Source: a virus
Lineage: Duplodnaviria; Caudoviricetes
Virus record (IMG/VR): IMGVR_UViG_3300025127_000039
Coordinates: 1 to 58,760 of that record
DNA length: 58,760 nucleotides
Reading direction: 5' to 3' (one strand)
The notes below the pieces were generated by a model. That model was not told the origin of the DNA, did not search any database, and worked only from the letters and a program-made list of their open reading frames with translations. Shown one piece after another: positions 30,497-38,585 of this stretch. A program made the translations under genes and the position numbers. Positions within the stretch are counted from its first letter, which is position 1. Every line of letters starts with the position of its first letter.

Positions 30497-30770
30497 AGCT
30501 TTGAAAAAAGTAGATTTAATAATAAATGGTCCTCGTGCTAAATCGCATGGCGATGCTACAGAGACACATACATATATAGCACAAATGTGGAACATATTAT
30601 TAAGAAAAAAACTAAAGGAGCCGCTTGATATACACGATGTTTACAGAGCAATGATTGGTATCAAGCAAATTAGAAACAGCCAAAATCCAAGAGTTGAAGA
30701 TAACATGATTGATATTATTGGATATGCGGCATTAGCAATAGAGGCAAAAGATGGCAAGAATGGAAGTTAA
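30483..30770 (+). CDS. DUF6378-like hypothetical protein
   Basis: R.KSHG...IAQMW...DNMIDIIGYAAL motif; GGAGG SD. Confidence 0.7.
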   Translation: MQRSEALKKVDLIINGPRAKSHGDATETHTYIAQMWNILLRKKLKEPLDIHDVYRAMIGIKQIRNSQNPRVEDNMIDIIGYAALAIEAKDGKNGS

Positions 30771-31038
30771 ATACATTATTCAAGAAGAAAATGAAGTGGG
30801 CGTAGAGAATGTTAAAGAGGGATCATTGTTTATGCCATTTAAAATAAATGGTGATCCGGAAAAATTGGCAGATGAACTAGGTAAAACATTTAAAAGAATT
30901 GTAGAAACAAATAAGAATGAAGTTTTGCATATTCATTTTAGAGCGTTTTTTGATGGTACAGAAATATTAAATGGATCATTATATTCAGAACAAGGAGAAG
31001 GTAGATGGATAACCCCAGCATCGGAGACAATTCATTAA
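30751..31038 (+). CDS. Hypothetical protein
   Basis: 95 aa, GAGG SD, overlaps neighbours. Confidence 0.6.
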   Translation: MARMEVKYIIQEENEVGVENVKEGSLFMPFKINGDPEKLADELGKTFKRIVETNKNEVLHIHFRAFFDGTEILNGSLYSEQGEGRWITPASETIH

Positions 31039-31253
31039 AGAATTTAACTAAACTTTTTGCTAGGTTTGGTTGGGATAAAAAACTTGGTGATTTAACTGAA
31101 GAAGAGATAAAAGCCACAGTTACAATAATGCAATTCTCAAAGAAGGTAGAAGAAGATGAACAATACAACAAAAAAGAACTCGATAGATTACTTCTTAAAT
31201 ATGTCCACGGGCAAGAAGAGTCAGAACAACGAGTTGATGAATTACCATTTTGA
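31005..31253 (+). CDS. Hypothetical protein
   Basis: 82 aa, AAGGAG SD, GWDKKLGDLT, ends DELPF. Confidence 0.6.
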   Translation: MDNPSIGDNSLKNLTKLFARFGWDKKLGDLTEEEIKATVTIMQFSKKVEEDEQYNKKELDRLLLKYVHGQEESEQRVDELPF

Positions 31254-31941
31254 AGAAGTAATTAATAAAACTATTGTAGATAAAAATAAATCTGAACCTA
31301 AAAGAAAGTATTTAGGTGGGTCTATGTTGGGGGATAAATGTGCAAGAAAGATACAGTATATTTATCAAGGACAACAACCTGATGAGAATAAAGAGTTTAA
31401 TGCACAAACATTAAGAATATTTCAGTTAGGTCATGAGCTAGAAAATAGTATGGCTGGGTGGATTAGAAACGCAGGATTTGATCTAAGAACTTTAGATAAG
31501 AATGGCGAACAGTTTGGTTTCTCAATAGCAGATGACGAGATAAAAGGTCATATTGATGGTGTCATCTGTGGCGGCCCACTTGATGTTAAGTATCCCATGC
31601 TTTGGGAATGTAAATCTGCAAACGAAAAAAAGTTTAGAGATTTCAAATTTAAAGGCATAAAGGCAAATCCTACATATGAAGTGCAAGTAGCGTTATATCA
31701 AGCCTATATGGAACTAACAGACAATCCTTGTTTGTTCACAGTTATAAATAAAAATACAAGTGAAATATTTTATCAACTTGTGTCTTTTAATCAAGAATTG
31801 GCTCAATATGCTAGTGATAGAGCAGTTGACATATTAAGAGCGTCTAAACAAAATGAAATGCTACCAAGAATAGCACAAAATAAAGATGTGTTTGATTGTA
31901 GATTTTGTCAGTTCTCTAATACTTGTTGGGAGGAGGGGTGA
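31156..31941 (+). CDS. Cas4/AddB-like PD-(D/E)XK exonuclease (true start may be downstream, e.g. 31237)
   Basis: YLGGSMLGDKCAR, GHIDG, WECKS, QVALY, C-terminal CRFC..C cluster. Confidence 0.85.
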   Translation: MNNTTKKNSIDYFLNMSTGKKSQNNELMNYHFEEVINKTIVDKNKSEPKRKYLGGSMLGDKCARKIQYIYQGQQPDENKEFNAQTLRIFQLGHELENSMAGWIRNAGFDLRTLDKNGEQFGFSIADDEIKGHIDGVICGGPLDVKYPMLWECKSANEKKFRDFKFKGIKANPTYEVQVALYQAYMELTDNPCLFTVINKNTSEIFYQLVSFNQELAQYASDRAVDILRASKQNEMLPRIAQNKDVFDCRFCQFSNTCWEEG

Positions 31942-31981
31942 TGGCGATACAGAAGGTAGCAAAGTACCGCCATCATAGGAG

Positions 31982-34159
31982 ATGGTAATGAACATTATTA
32001 AATTTGGCAACAGTAAACGCAGTATGGATTCTAAGGAATTAGTTGAATTAATAAGTCAAAAAGTTCCATCACAAGTTCAAATTGATTTATTGAGAGAAAC
32101 GTATCCACAAGGTGTCATAAGAGGGGATCAATTTACTATAGGTTCGCTTGGTGGTGAGGCAGGCAAGTCTTTAAAAATAGACATAAATCCTAGATCACCA
32201 TACTTTATGAAAGGACAAGATTTTAATGGTGCAGACGGAGTAGGTGGCATAGTTAAGATATTGATGGAAGGTAGAAATATGAAGTTACCGGAGGTTAAAG
32301 AGTTGTTCGCCTCATATCTTGATGAAGGCACGCCACAACCAGTTGAATCAATTAGTTCTATTATTAAACCGGAATCAAAACAAATAAACATAAACACGCC
32401 TTATGATAGCGAACATAAATATTTGAACGCTCAAGGTGAGTTACTTTGCTTAGTACGCAGATACAATGATATAGATGAACACGGAAATCCTATATTAGAC
32501 TCACATGGCAAACCAAAAAAAGAATTTAGACAGTTTGCTGGAGGCAGTAATTATCCACGTATGCCTGATGTTCGTCCATTATACAATATACCAAATATTA
32601 TAGCTTCAGAAAAAATTATATGGGTTGAGGGGGAAAAATGTGCAGATGCACTTAATGAACTTGGTTATACTGCAACTTGCACAATGGGTGGTGCCGGTAT
32701 GCTTTCAAGAAAGTCTGCAAACTTATTTGACTTTTCTCCGTTGCATGACAAAGAATTAATCATATGGCCAGATAATGATACTGCTGGTCGCAAAGTTGCA
32801 GAGCTAGTACAAGAACTTGCTCTTAACGCCAGTGTTAAATCAGTTACTACATTAACGCCACCAAGAGGTAAGCCTGAAAGATGGGATGTGGTAGATGCTA
32901 TTGCAGAGCAATTTAACATAAATGAATTTCTCAACACTAACATCAAGCAAATAAAAAAGAACATTAATCTTCTTGATGACAGTTTGTTAATTAACAGATT
33001 TGTTGGAGAGGCACCGGAGCAAAAGTTTTTGATAGCTAACACATTACCTTTAGCAGTGCCTATTATATTTTCTGCCGCAGGTGACAGTGGTAAAGGTATG
33101 ATGACATTGGACTTAGCAATGAAAGTATCAAGTGGTCAATCAATGCAAGAATCTTTTGGTGGCATGATTAGTGAGTTTGGCAATTCAATTATATTTACTG
33201 CCGAAGATGATGAAGCAGAGATGCACAGAAGAATTGATAGACTTGATTTTGAAAACAATAGGCAAAGTTTTGAGCATGAGTTACGAATCGTTAGTTTGCC
33301 TAATGTTGGTGGTGTCTTTCCTATACTGCAAGAAACACATGATGGTTACAGAACAAGCGATGAATTTGATAAAATATATGAACAAATACTGCAAATGAAG
33401 AACTTAAAACTTATAGTATTTGATCCTTTGGCTTCATTTGTACACGCAGATGTAAACTCTGATCCTGCGGCGGGTGCGGCTTTAACTGGTTTGTTAGCAC
33501 AAATAGCTACTGAAACCGGTGCCTCAGTCATAATGTGTCATCATATGACTAAAGTTAAAGAAGATTTAGTTGTAAGCACACCGGAACAAGCAAGAAATAT
33601 GATTAGAGGCACGTCTGCATTAGTTGATGGTGTTCGTTGTGCGTTTGCATTATGGCAAGTTGACGAAGCAACTGGGCGTAGAAGATGTCAAGATTTAGGC
33701 ATAGAATATAAAAGAAACAAATGCTTTGATGGTGCAGTCGTTAAATCTAATGGGCCAGCTAACAGAAACATAAGGCACTTTATTAGAGATGAATATAGTG
33801 GATTACTTGTGGATAAAAGCGAAGATATATCAAGATTACATACCGGCTCAAATAAAGAAATCAAAAAGACTGCGTTGTTTAATTGGATTGCAGATTGTGA
33901 AAGAGAGGGCAGAGCTATGACACAACAGTCCGGTGCAGATGCTATTTTGCAAAGAATGTCTGCTGATACTGATGCACCAAGGGTTTTAAACAACTGCACA
34001 CAAAGAATGATTGATGGTCTTGTTAGAGAGTTAATACAAGAGGGCAGACTGGCTAAGTATTCCTTTAGTACAAGTGGTGGCAGAAAGTGGCTTGGCACCA
34101 TTGATGGCGATATGAGTAGAGGTGAATACGAGGCAACCACTGCAAGAGATAATGTATAA
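31982..34159 (+). CDS. TOPRIM primase fused to an AAA_25/RepA-like helicase
   Basis: VEGEKCADA and WPDND TOPRIM motifs; AAGDSGKG Walker A variant; AEDD, FDPL, HHMTK, RGTSA motifs. Confidence 0.85.
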   Translation: MVMNIIKFGNSKRSMDSKELVELISQKVPSQVQIDLLRETYPQGVIRGDQFTIGSLGGEAGKSLKIDINPRSPYFMKGQDFNGADGVGGIVKILMEGRNMKLPEVKELFASYLDEGTPQPVESISSIIKPESKQININTPYDSEHKYLNAQGELLCLVRRYNDIDEHGNPILDSHGKPKKEFRQFAGGSNYPRMPDVRPLYNIPNIIASEKIIWVEGEKCADALNELGYTATCTMGGAGMLSRKSANLFDFSPLHDKELIIWPDNDTAGRKVAELVQELALNASVKSVTTLTPPRGKPERWDVVDAIAEQFNINEFLNTNIKQIKKNINLLDDSLLINRFVGEAPEQKFLIANTLPLAVPIIFSAAGDSGKGMMTLDLAMKVSSGQSMQESFGGMISEFGNSIIFTAEDDEAEMHRRIDRLDFENNRQSFEHELRIVSLPNVGGVFPILQETHDGYRTSDEFDKIYEQILQMKNLKLIVFDPLASFVHADVNSDPAAGAALTGLLAQIATETGASVIMCHHMTKVKEDLVVSTPEQARNMIRGTSALVDGVRCAFALWQVDEATGRRRCQDLGIEYKRNKCFDGAVVKSNGPANRNIRHFIRDEYSGLLVDKSEDISRLHTGSNKEIKKTALFNWIADCEREGRAMTQQSGADAILQRMSADTDAPRVLNNCTQRMIDGLVRELIQEGRLAKYSFSTSGGRKWLGTIDGDMSRGEYEATTARDNV

Positions 34160-35996
34160 AATAGTAGATTTATTTAGTGGCATAGGAGGATTTAGCTATG
34201 CTGCCGAACAAATAGTAGGTGGCTTTGAAACAATAGCTTTCGTTGAAAGAGACGAATATTGTCAAAAAGTCTTGCGTAAACATTGGCACGATGTACCAAT
34301 ATATAGTGATATAAGGAGTTTTGATGGTAAAGAATACAAAGACGCAGATATCGTTGTTGGAGGATTCCCATGTCAACCCTGGTCGGTTGCAGGAGCTCAA
34401 AAGGGAAGCGAAGATGACAGAGATCTCTGGCACGAAATGGTTAGGATTATTGAAGACATACGGCCACGATGGATCATTGGCGAGAATGTGTCAGGCTTTG
34501 TTACAATGCCAATGGGTCTCAGAAGAAGTCTCATTGACTTGGAAAGTATCGGATACAAAGCCATCCCATATCTTATTCCAGCTGCAGCCGTCGACGCCAA
34601 GCATAGACGAATGCGATGCTGGATTGTGGGCCACACCGAACACGATGGATCATCTGCCACCCCGTTCAGAGGAAGGAACAATGAAGCTGATGGAGGGTCA
34701 ACGCAAGGGACGAACAAAACCGGCGAACTTGAGGGAGCAAGTGGACAACAAGACAATGGATATATACAAACAGACATCTTCGACTTTGTGGCCGACACCA
34801 ACGACACAGGAGATAGAGCACCCGCAAGCGGAGTTGACAACGAACAACAGAAGGTTGAGCAAGGACGGGAAGAGCAGCCACAGTCTGAACTTAGCAGACA
34901 CAGTAAAGATGTGGCCAACGCCAACAACAATGGACACGAAGGAAGATGCGTTGAAACACGCAACCAAACTTTTACAGGGCAAAACACACAGAGCAAGTGG
35001 AGAGCCGATACAGAAGTCATTAGTGGACAAAGTAATGATGGAAGAGATAAAGAAAAATCCGGAATTGATGAAGATTTACGAAGATCACGAAATGGTTTTT
35101 CGTCCAAACTTACCACCACAACAGGAGTTTGTGGCTTATCTCAGAGAACAAACAACAATCAAGGAGTTGTCAGAGAAAACGGATATAAAGAAAACAACAA
35201 TAGAACATTGGTTTCGCAAGGATCAAAAGGGATTCAGTCATCCAAGCATAGAGGATTGGGAGAAGATAAAACCACATCTGAATCAAATCAAGTACGATCA
35301 ACAGATGACCACTATAAAAACAAAAGAATGGAAAAAAACAAATCAAATGTGGAGAACGCCAACGGCAGCGAATGCGACACAGGGGCCGAAGAGCGAACAA
35401 CTTTACCACAAAGTGAAGAAAGACGGCTCAAGTGCAATAACATTAGTGGACGAAGTGAAGATGTTCCCAACACCAAGGGCAAGGGATTGGAAAGACGGAT
35501 ACAGAGTACCACCATCAGTACAGAACGGAACGAGAGCACACACTCTGGGAACATTTATAGCAGAGAAAGAGATAATGTGGCCGACACCGACAACAAAGGG
35601 GTACGGACACGCATCAATGGGTCAAACAATGATCTTCAGAAAAAAAGTGGAAGCCGGGGAAATGACCGAACAACAAGCAGAGCAGATGTTGGGTTGCACA
35701 CTAAGACCACCAAGAATGGAGAAATGGGATTATCCCAAAAAGGAGATGTTCCCTACGCCATCGGCAAACGAAGATGCAGCGGGACGACCAGGGGGGAAGA
35801 TGCAAAAGATGTTAGGCAACCATCCTTCCGTGAGAGACCAGTCCTCTGGAACCCTGAACCCAACGTGGGTAGAGTGGCTAATGGGGTACCCAATAGGGTA
35901 CACAGACTTAGATGTTTAGGGAATAGTATCGTGCCACAGGTCGTTGCAAGAATATTTTATGCTATTAAGGAGGCAGATAAAAATGAAAAAATATGA
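34152..35996 (+). CDS. C5 DNA cytosine methyltransferase, alpha (catalytic) polypeptide
   Basis: Motifs I (DLFSGIGG), IV (GFPCQ), VI (ENV), VIII (HRRMRCWIV) and X (RLRCLGNSIVPQ); about 400 low-complexity codons in place of the TRD. Confidence 0.9.
   Translation: MYKIVDLFSGIGGFSYAAEQIVGGFETIAFVERDEYCQKVLRKHWHDVPIYSDIRSFDGKEYKDADIVVGGFPCQPWSVAGAQKGSEDDRDLWHEMVRIIEDIRPRWIIGENVSGFVTMPMGLRRSLIDLESIGYKAIPYLIPAAAVDAKHRRMRCWIVGHTEHDGSSATPFRGRNNEADGGSTQGTNKTGELEGASGQQDNGYIQTDIFDFVADTNDTGDRAPASGVDNEQQKVEQGREEQPQSELSRHSKDVANANNNGHEGRCVETRNQTFTGQNTQSKWRADTEVISGQSNDGRDKEKSGIDEDLRRSRNGFSSKLTTTTGVCGLSQRTNNNQGVVRENGYKENNNRTLVSQGSKGIQSSKHRGLGEDKTTSESNQVRSTDDHYKNKRMEKNKSNVENANGSECDTGAEERTTLPQSEERRLKCNNISGRSEDVPNTKGKGLERRIQSTTISTERNESTHSGNIYSRERDNVADTDNKGVRTRINGSNNDLQKKSGSRGNDRTTSRADVGLHTKTTKNGEMGLSQKGDVPYAIGKRRCSGTTRGEDAKDVRQPSFRERPVLWNPEPNVGRVANGVPNRVHRLRCLGNSIVPQVVARIFYAIKEADKNEKI
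34324..35919 (+). CDS. Nested +1-frame protein, predicted C5-MTase beta subunit (tandem TRD-like modules plus motif IX)
   Basis: AAGGAG SD at 34313-34318; about 531 aa open; seven W/F-x-T-P repeats; C-terminal LNPTWVEWLMGYPIGYT. Confidence 0.8.
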   Translation: MVKNTKTQISLLEDSHVNPGRLQELKREAKMTEISGTKWLGLLKTYGHDGSLARMCQALLQCQWVSEEVSLTWKVSDTKPSHILFQLQPSTPSIDECDAGLWATPNTMDHLPPRSEEGTMKLMEGQRKGRTKPANLREQVDNKTMDIYKQTSSTLWPTPTTQEIEHPQAELTTNNRRLSKDGKSSHSLNLADTVKMWPTPTTMDTKEDALKHATKLLQGKTHRASGEPIQKSLVDKVMMEEIKKNPELMKIYEDHEMVFRPNLPPQQEFVAYLREQTTIKELSEKTDIKKTTIEHWFRKDQKGFSHPSIEDWEKIKPHLNQIKYDQQMTTIKTKEWKKTNQMWRTPTAANATQGPKSEQLYHKVKKDGSSAITLVDEVKMFPTPRARDWKDGYRVPPSVQNGTRAHTLGTFIAEKEIMWPTPTTKGYGHASMGQTMIFRKKVEAGEMTEQQAEQMLGCTLRPPRMEKWDYPKKEMFPTPSANEDAAGRPGGKMQKMLGNHPSVRDQSSGTLNPTWVEWLMGYPIGYTDLDV

Positions 35997-36231
35997 TAGA
36001 TGCACGAAATGTGAAAAACTATTACCAATTCCAAAGAAGAAAAGAAGTTATAAATATGTCTGTGATAGTTGTGTTGTAAAAGAATTATTAGAAAAAAATT
36101 TAGTAACACCAGTTGTAGAAGAAGAATGGTTTGAAGATGACCCTAGAGCTATCAAAGAAGTAGAGTATGGTAGGGTATCAAGAAACGCAACTCATGTATT
36201 CTCTCGTAATATTTTAGATGATATGGGTTGA
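35983..36231 (+). CDS. Small zinc-finger protein
   Basis: AAGGAGG SD, CTKC and CDSC, FEDDP. Confidence 0.65.
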   Translation: MKKYDRCTKCEKLLPIPKKKRSYKYVCDSCVVKELLEKNLVTPVVEEEWFEDDPRAIKEVEYGRVSRNATHVFSRNILDDMG

Positions 36232-36256
36232 CATATAGGTTGCAGCTACCTATATT
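36228..36256 (+). promoter_or_regulatory. Sigma70-type promoter with TAGG-N9-CCTA operator (drives the putative sRNA)
   Basis: TTGACA-17-TATATT; TAGG ttgcagcta CCTA at 36236-36252. Confidence 0.7.
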
Positions 36257-36262
36257 CAAAAT

Positions 36263-36347
36263 ATAAAGAAAGTGATCGTAAGATTACTCCTTTTGTTTTA
36301 AAAATGTTTGTGAAAGAAGGCCTGGAGTAATCCAGGTCTTTTTTTTT
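36263..36347 (+). ncRNA. Putative small RNA or attenuator, about 85 nt
   Basis: Bounded by a promoter and an intrinsic terminator; two GUAA-tetraloop hairpins; CUCCUUUU tract; no credible ORF. Confidence 0.55.
36318..36347 (+). terminator. Rho-independent terminator
   Basis: AGGCCTGGA-gtaa-TCCAGGTCT plus T run. Confidence 0.85.
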
Positions 36348-36358
36348 GTTCTAATTTA

Positions 36359-36399
36359 TTGACATTTGGCATTGACTTCCTATATGACTATCATATACT
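36359..36399 (+). promoter_or_regulatory. Promoter with degenerate operator
   Basis: TTGACA at 36359; TTGG cattgactt CCTA; second TTGACT-16-TATACT. Confidence 0.55.
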
Positions 36400-36419
36400 A
36401 GCAAATATGAGGAGTTATT

Positions 36420-37748
36420 ATGGATAATAAGTTTAGTAAACCCATGATGGCAAGTGAGATTGTTGCAGCATTATCTGATCCATCACGAGGTGTAAAAGGT
36501 TATATAAAAGGTAAGTATGCTAAAGCTATGGCAAGATCTGTTCAGTCAGATATTGCATCATCTCAAAAATTTGTTTTATCAAATAATTTAGTTGATCATG
36601 TTGTTGCCAACGCATTTTTAAAACCTGAAGCAATGCTTGGACAAATTAAAACCGGCATACCACCATTTACAAATATGTTTATTGAGTGGGATGATTCTTA
36701 TCTTCAAAAGGCTATTTATAAACATTTAGCTAAAACTTTTAATAAAGAGTTGTCTACAAAAAAACAAATGGGTGAAAATTACTTTGATATAGATGATCTA
36801 CCAGCTAAACAACATAAAAATAGAGCTGGTTATCATATTCATCAAGTTAATGATAGTTGGTTGTATGAACTTTGGTTTAAAGATCAAGAAAGCGGCAAGT
36901 ATGCCGCATTTCCAAAATGTATAGTCATTGAACATGATGAAGATTACTCAATGGAAAAACATTATGGTCAATATGAAAAAGAAAAATGGATGATGCCATC
37001 TGATTTACATCATTTTGACAGAGATCAGATGAGACTTGCAGTACATACTGTAGGAGCACATCTTTGGGGTAATCATTATCAAACTGTACAAAGTTATGGA
37101 GAAACCCATAGAAGATTAATACGTTCTATGAGAAAAGATAGTGATAGAGAACTTAGAAGTACAAAGAAATCAAATCATTTCATTAGAAGATTACAAACTT
37201 ATTTTAAAACTGAAGAAAGCACAGCCAAGTTTTTTGATCCATATTATTTAGATTTAATGTGCAGAACTGCTACTGCACAAGGATCTGCAATGCACTGGTT
37301 GATTCCTGAAAGTAAGTTTCAACAAGGTTGGACATCTGAAGAAATGAGTGCACTTACCAAATATACTATGGATAGTGTTTCAATGGATGTACAAATTCTA
37401 ATTTCAACTTTGGCTATTCTTAATTATGAACACATAGTTATGCAAAAAAAGAATCCAAGTGAAGACAAAATAAAGCACGTTGCTTATGGCAGAAGAGTGC
37501 CTGCAAATGAATATTCACTACTTGAAATAGATTTACCCAAGCCTAGAGGTAAACTGTTTTATGAACGTGAATTTACCGGACATGGATCACCAAAGAGGTG
37601 GCACATGAGAAGAGGTCATTGGAGACGTTATCGTGATGCAAAAGGTAATATCACGAAAAGAGTTTGGATTGACCAATGTGAGGCTGGCAGTAAAGAGTTA
37701 GGCTCAAAAATAAACGACTATAACTTACAAAAAGCAAAAGGAGAGTAG
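36420..37748 (+). CDS. Hypothetical protein with C-terminal H-x-RRGHWR motif
   Basis: 442 aa, GAGGAG SD, SPKRWHMRRGHWRR. Confidence 0.75.
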   Translation: MDNKFSKPMMASEIVAALSDPSRGVKGYIKGKYAKAMARSVQSDIASSQKFVLSNNLVDHVVANAFLKPEAMLGQIKTGIPPFTNMFIEWDDSYLQKAIYKHLAKTFNKELSTKKQMGENYFDIDDLPAKQHKNRAGYHIHQVNDSWLYELWFKDQESGKYAAFPKCIVIEHDEDYSMEKHYGQYEKEKWMMPSDLHHFDRDQMRLAVHTVGAHLWGNHYQTVQSYGETHRRLIRSMRKDSDRELRSTKKSNHFIRRLQTYFKTEESTAKFFDPYYLDLMCRTATAQGSAMHWLIPESKFQQGWTSEEMSALTKYTMDSVSMDVQILISTLAILNYEHIVMQKKNPSEDKIKHVAYGRRVPANEYSLLEIDLPKPRGKLFYEREFTGHGSPKRWHMRRGHWRRYRDAKGNITKRVWIDQCEAGSKELGSKINDYNLQKAKGE

Positions 37749-37749
37749 T

Positions 37750-37932
37750 ATGGCTGCTTATCAAAATAATTTTTTAATTGAGGTTGAAGAGTATTTCGGT
37801 GCATTATTGACCGATAATGGACTTACTAATAAACAAGCTCTTGCCTTGGTTAAGAAACAGTATGGCGAACACGGACATGAGTATGTGTCTGATTTAATCA
37901 AGAACGAGGAGCAATTAGACAACGGAGTTTAA
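37750..37932 (+). CDS. Hypothetical protein
   Basis: 60 aa, AAGGAG SD. Confidence 0.65.
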   Translation: MAAYQNNFLIEVEEYFGALLTDNGLTNKQALALVKKQYGEHGHEYVSDLIKNEEQLDNGV

Positions 37933-38025
37933 TATGAACCACAAGTATTTAAAATTACATATTCAATCTACAACAATCCACAAAAAGCCAAACGTGGTTG
38001 TTCGTTATTACAGAAAGTTTATAGA

Positions 38026-38259
38026 ATGGTTAAAATGTTTTTAATGATTTGTGTAGTTTGGGTTGAAGGCCCAAGGTACACTGGGGGTGAAACAAACTGT
38101 ATGTGGCACATAAGCAAGGTAGAATACAAGACTGTTGATGAATGTAACAAAGATATTAACAACAGTAAAAGACTTGTTCTTGGTCGTCTTAAAAAAGAAT
38201 TTGGTCATAAAAATCCACAAGGATATAATGTTCAAGCTTCTTGTTTAAAAGCAGCGTAA
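38026..38259 (+). CDS. Small Cys-containing, possibly secreted protein
   Basis: 77 aa, hydrophobic N-terminus, four Cys. Confidence 0.55.
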   Translation: MVKMFLMICVVWVEGPRYTGGETNCMWHISKVEYKTVDECNKDINNSKRLVLGRLKKEFGHKNPQGYNVQASCLKAA

Positions 38260-38585
38260 TGTTAGTTATAATAGAATCACCCTATATGGGTAATGTTAAA
38301 AGTAATGTCGCATATGCACGCAAGTGTATGAGCGACTCCCTACTGCGAGGCGAATCCCCATTTGCCTCGCATCTTCTTTACACACAAATTTTAGATGACA
38401 ATAAAGATATAGAACGTCTTACCGGAATGTCTAGGGCATTTAATTGGTATCGCCACGCAGATCTAATGGCAGTTTACACAGACAAAGGTATATCAAATGG
38501 CATGAAAATGGGCATGGAAGTAGCAGAGAAGCTCGGAATAGAAATGGTTTATAGGACATTAAATGGAAATAATAATAGAGGGTAG
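38259..38585 (+). CDS. DUF4406 / nucleoside-deoxyribosyltransferase-like fold protein
   Basis: VIIESPY.G...PFASHLLYTQ.LDD...GIS.GM pattern. Confidence 0.6.
   Translation: MLVIIESPYMGNVKSNVAYARKCMSDSLLRGESPFASHLLYTQILDDNKDIERLTGMSRAFNWYRHADLMAVYTDKGISNGMKMGMEVAEKLGIEMVYRTLNGNNNRG

Noticed and set aside
34397-35119. 240-aa antisense ORF as a third coding frame in the MTase locus
   Set aside because: No SD or motifs; expected shadow of two constrained forward frames
34152-35996. Frameshifted pseudogene, intein or sequencing error in the C5-MTase
   Set aside because: Both frames are fully open, the nested frame has its own SD, there are no intein terminal residues or LAGLIDADG motifs, and motifs IX and X lie side by side in different frames. 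Programmed frameshifting cannot be fully excluded
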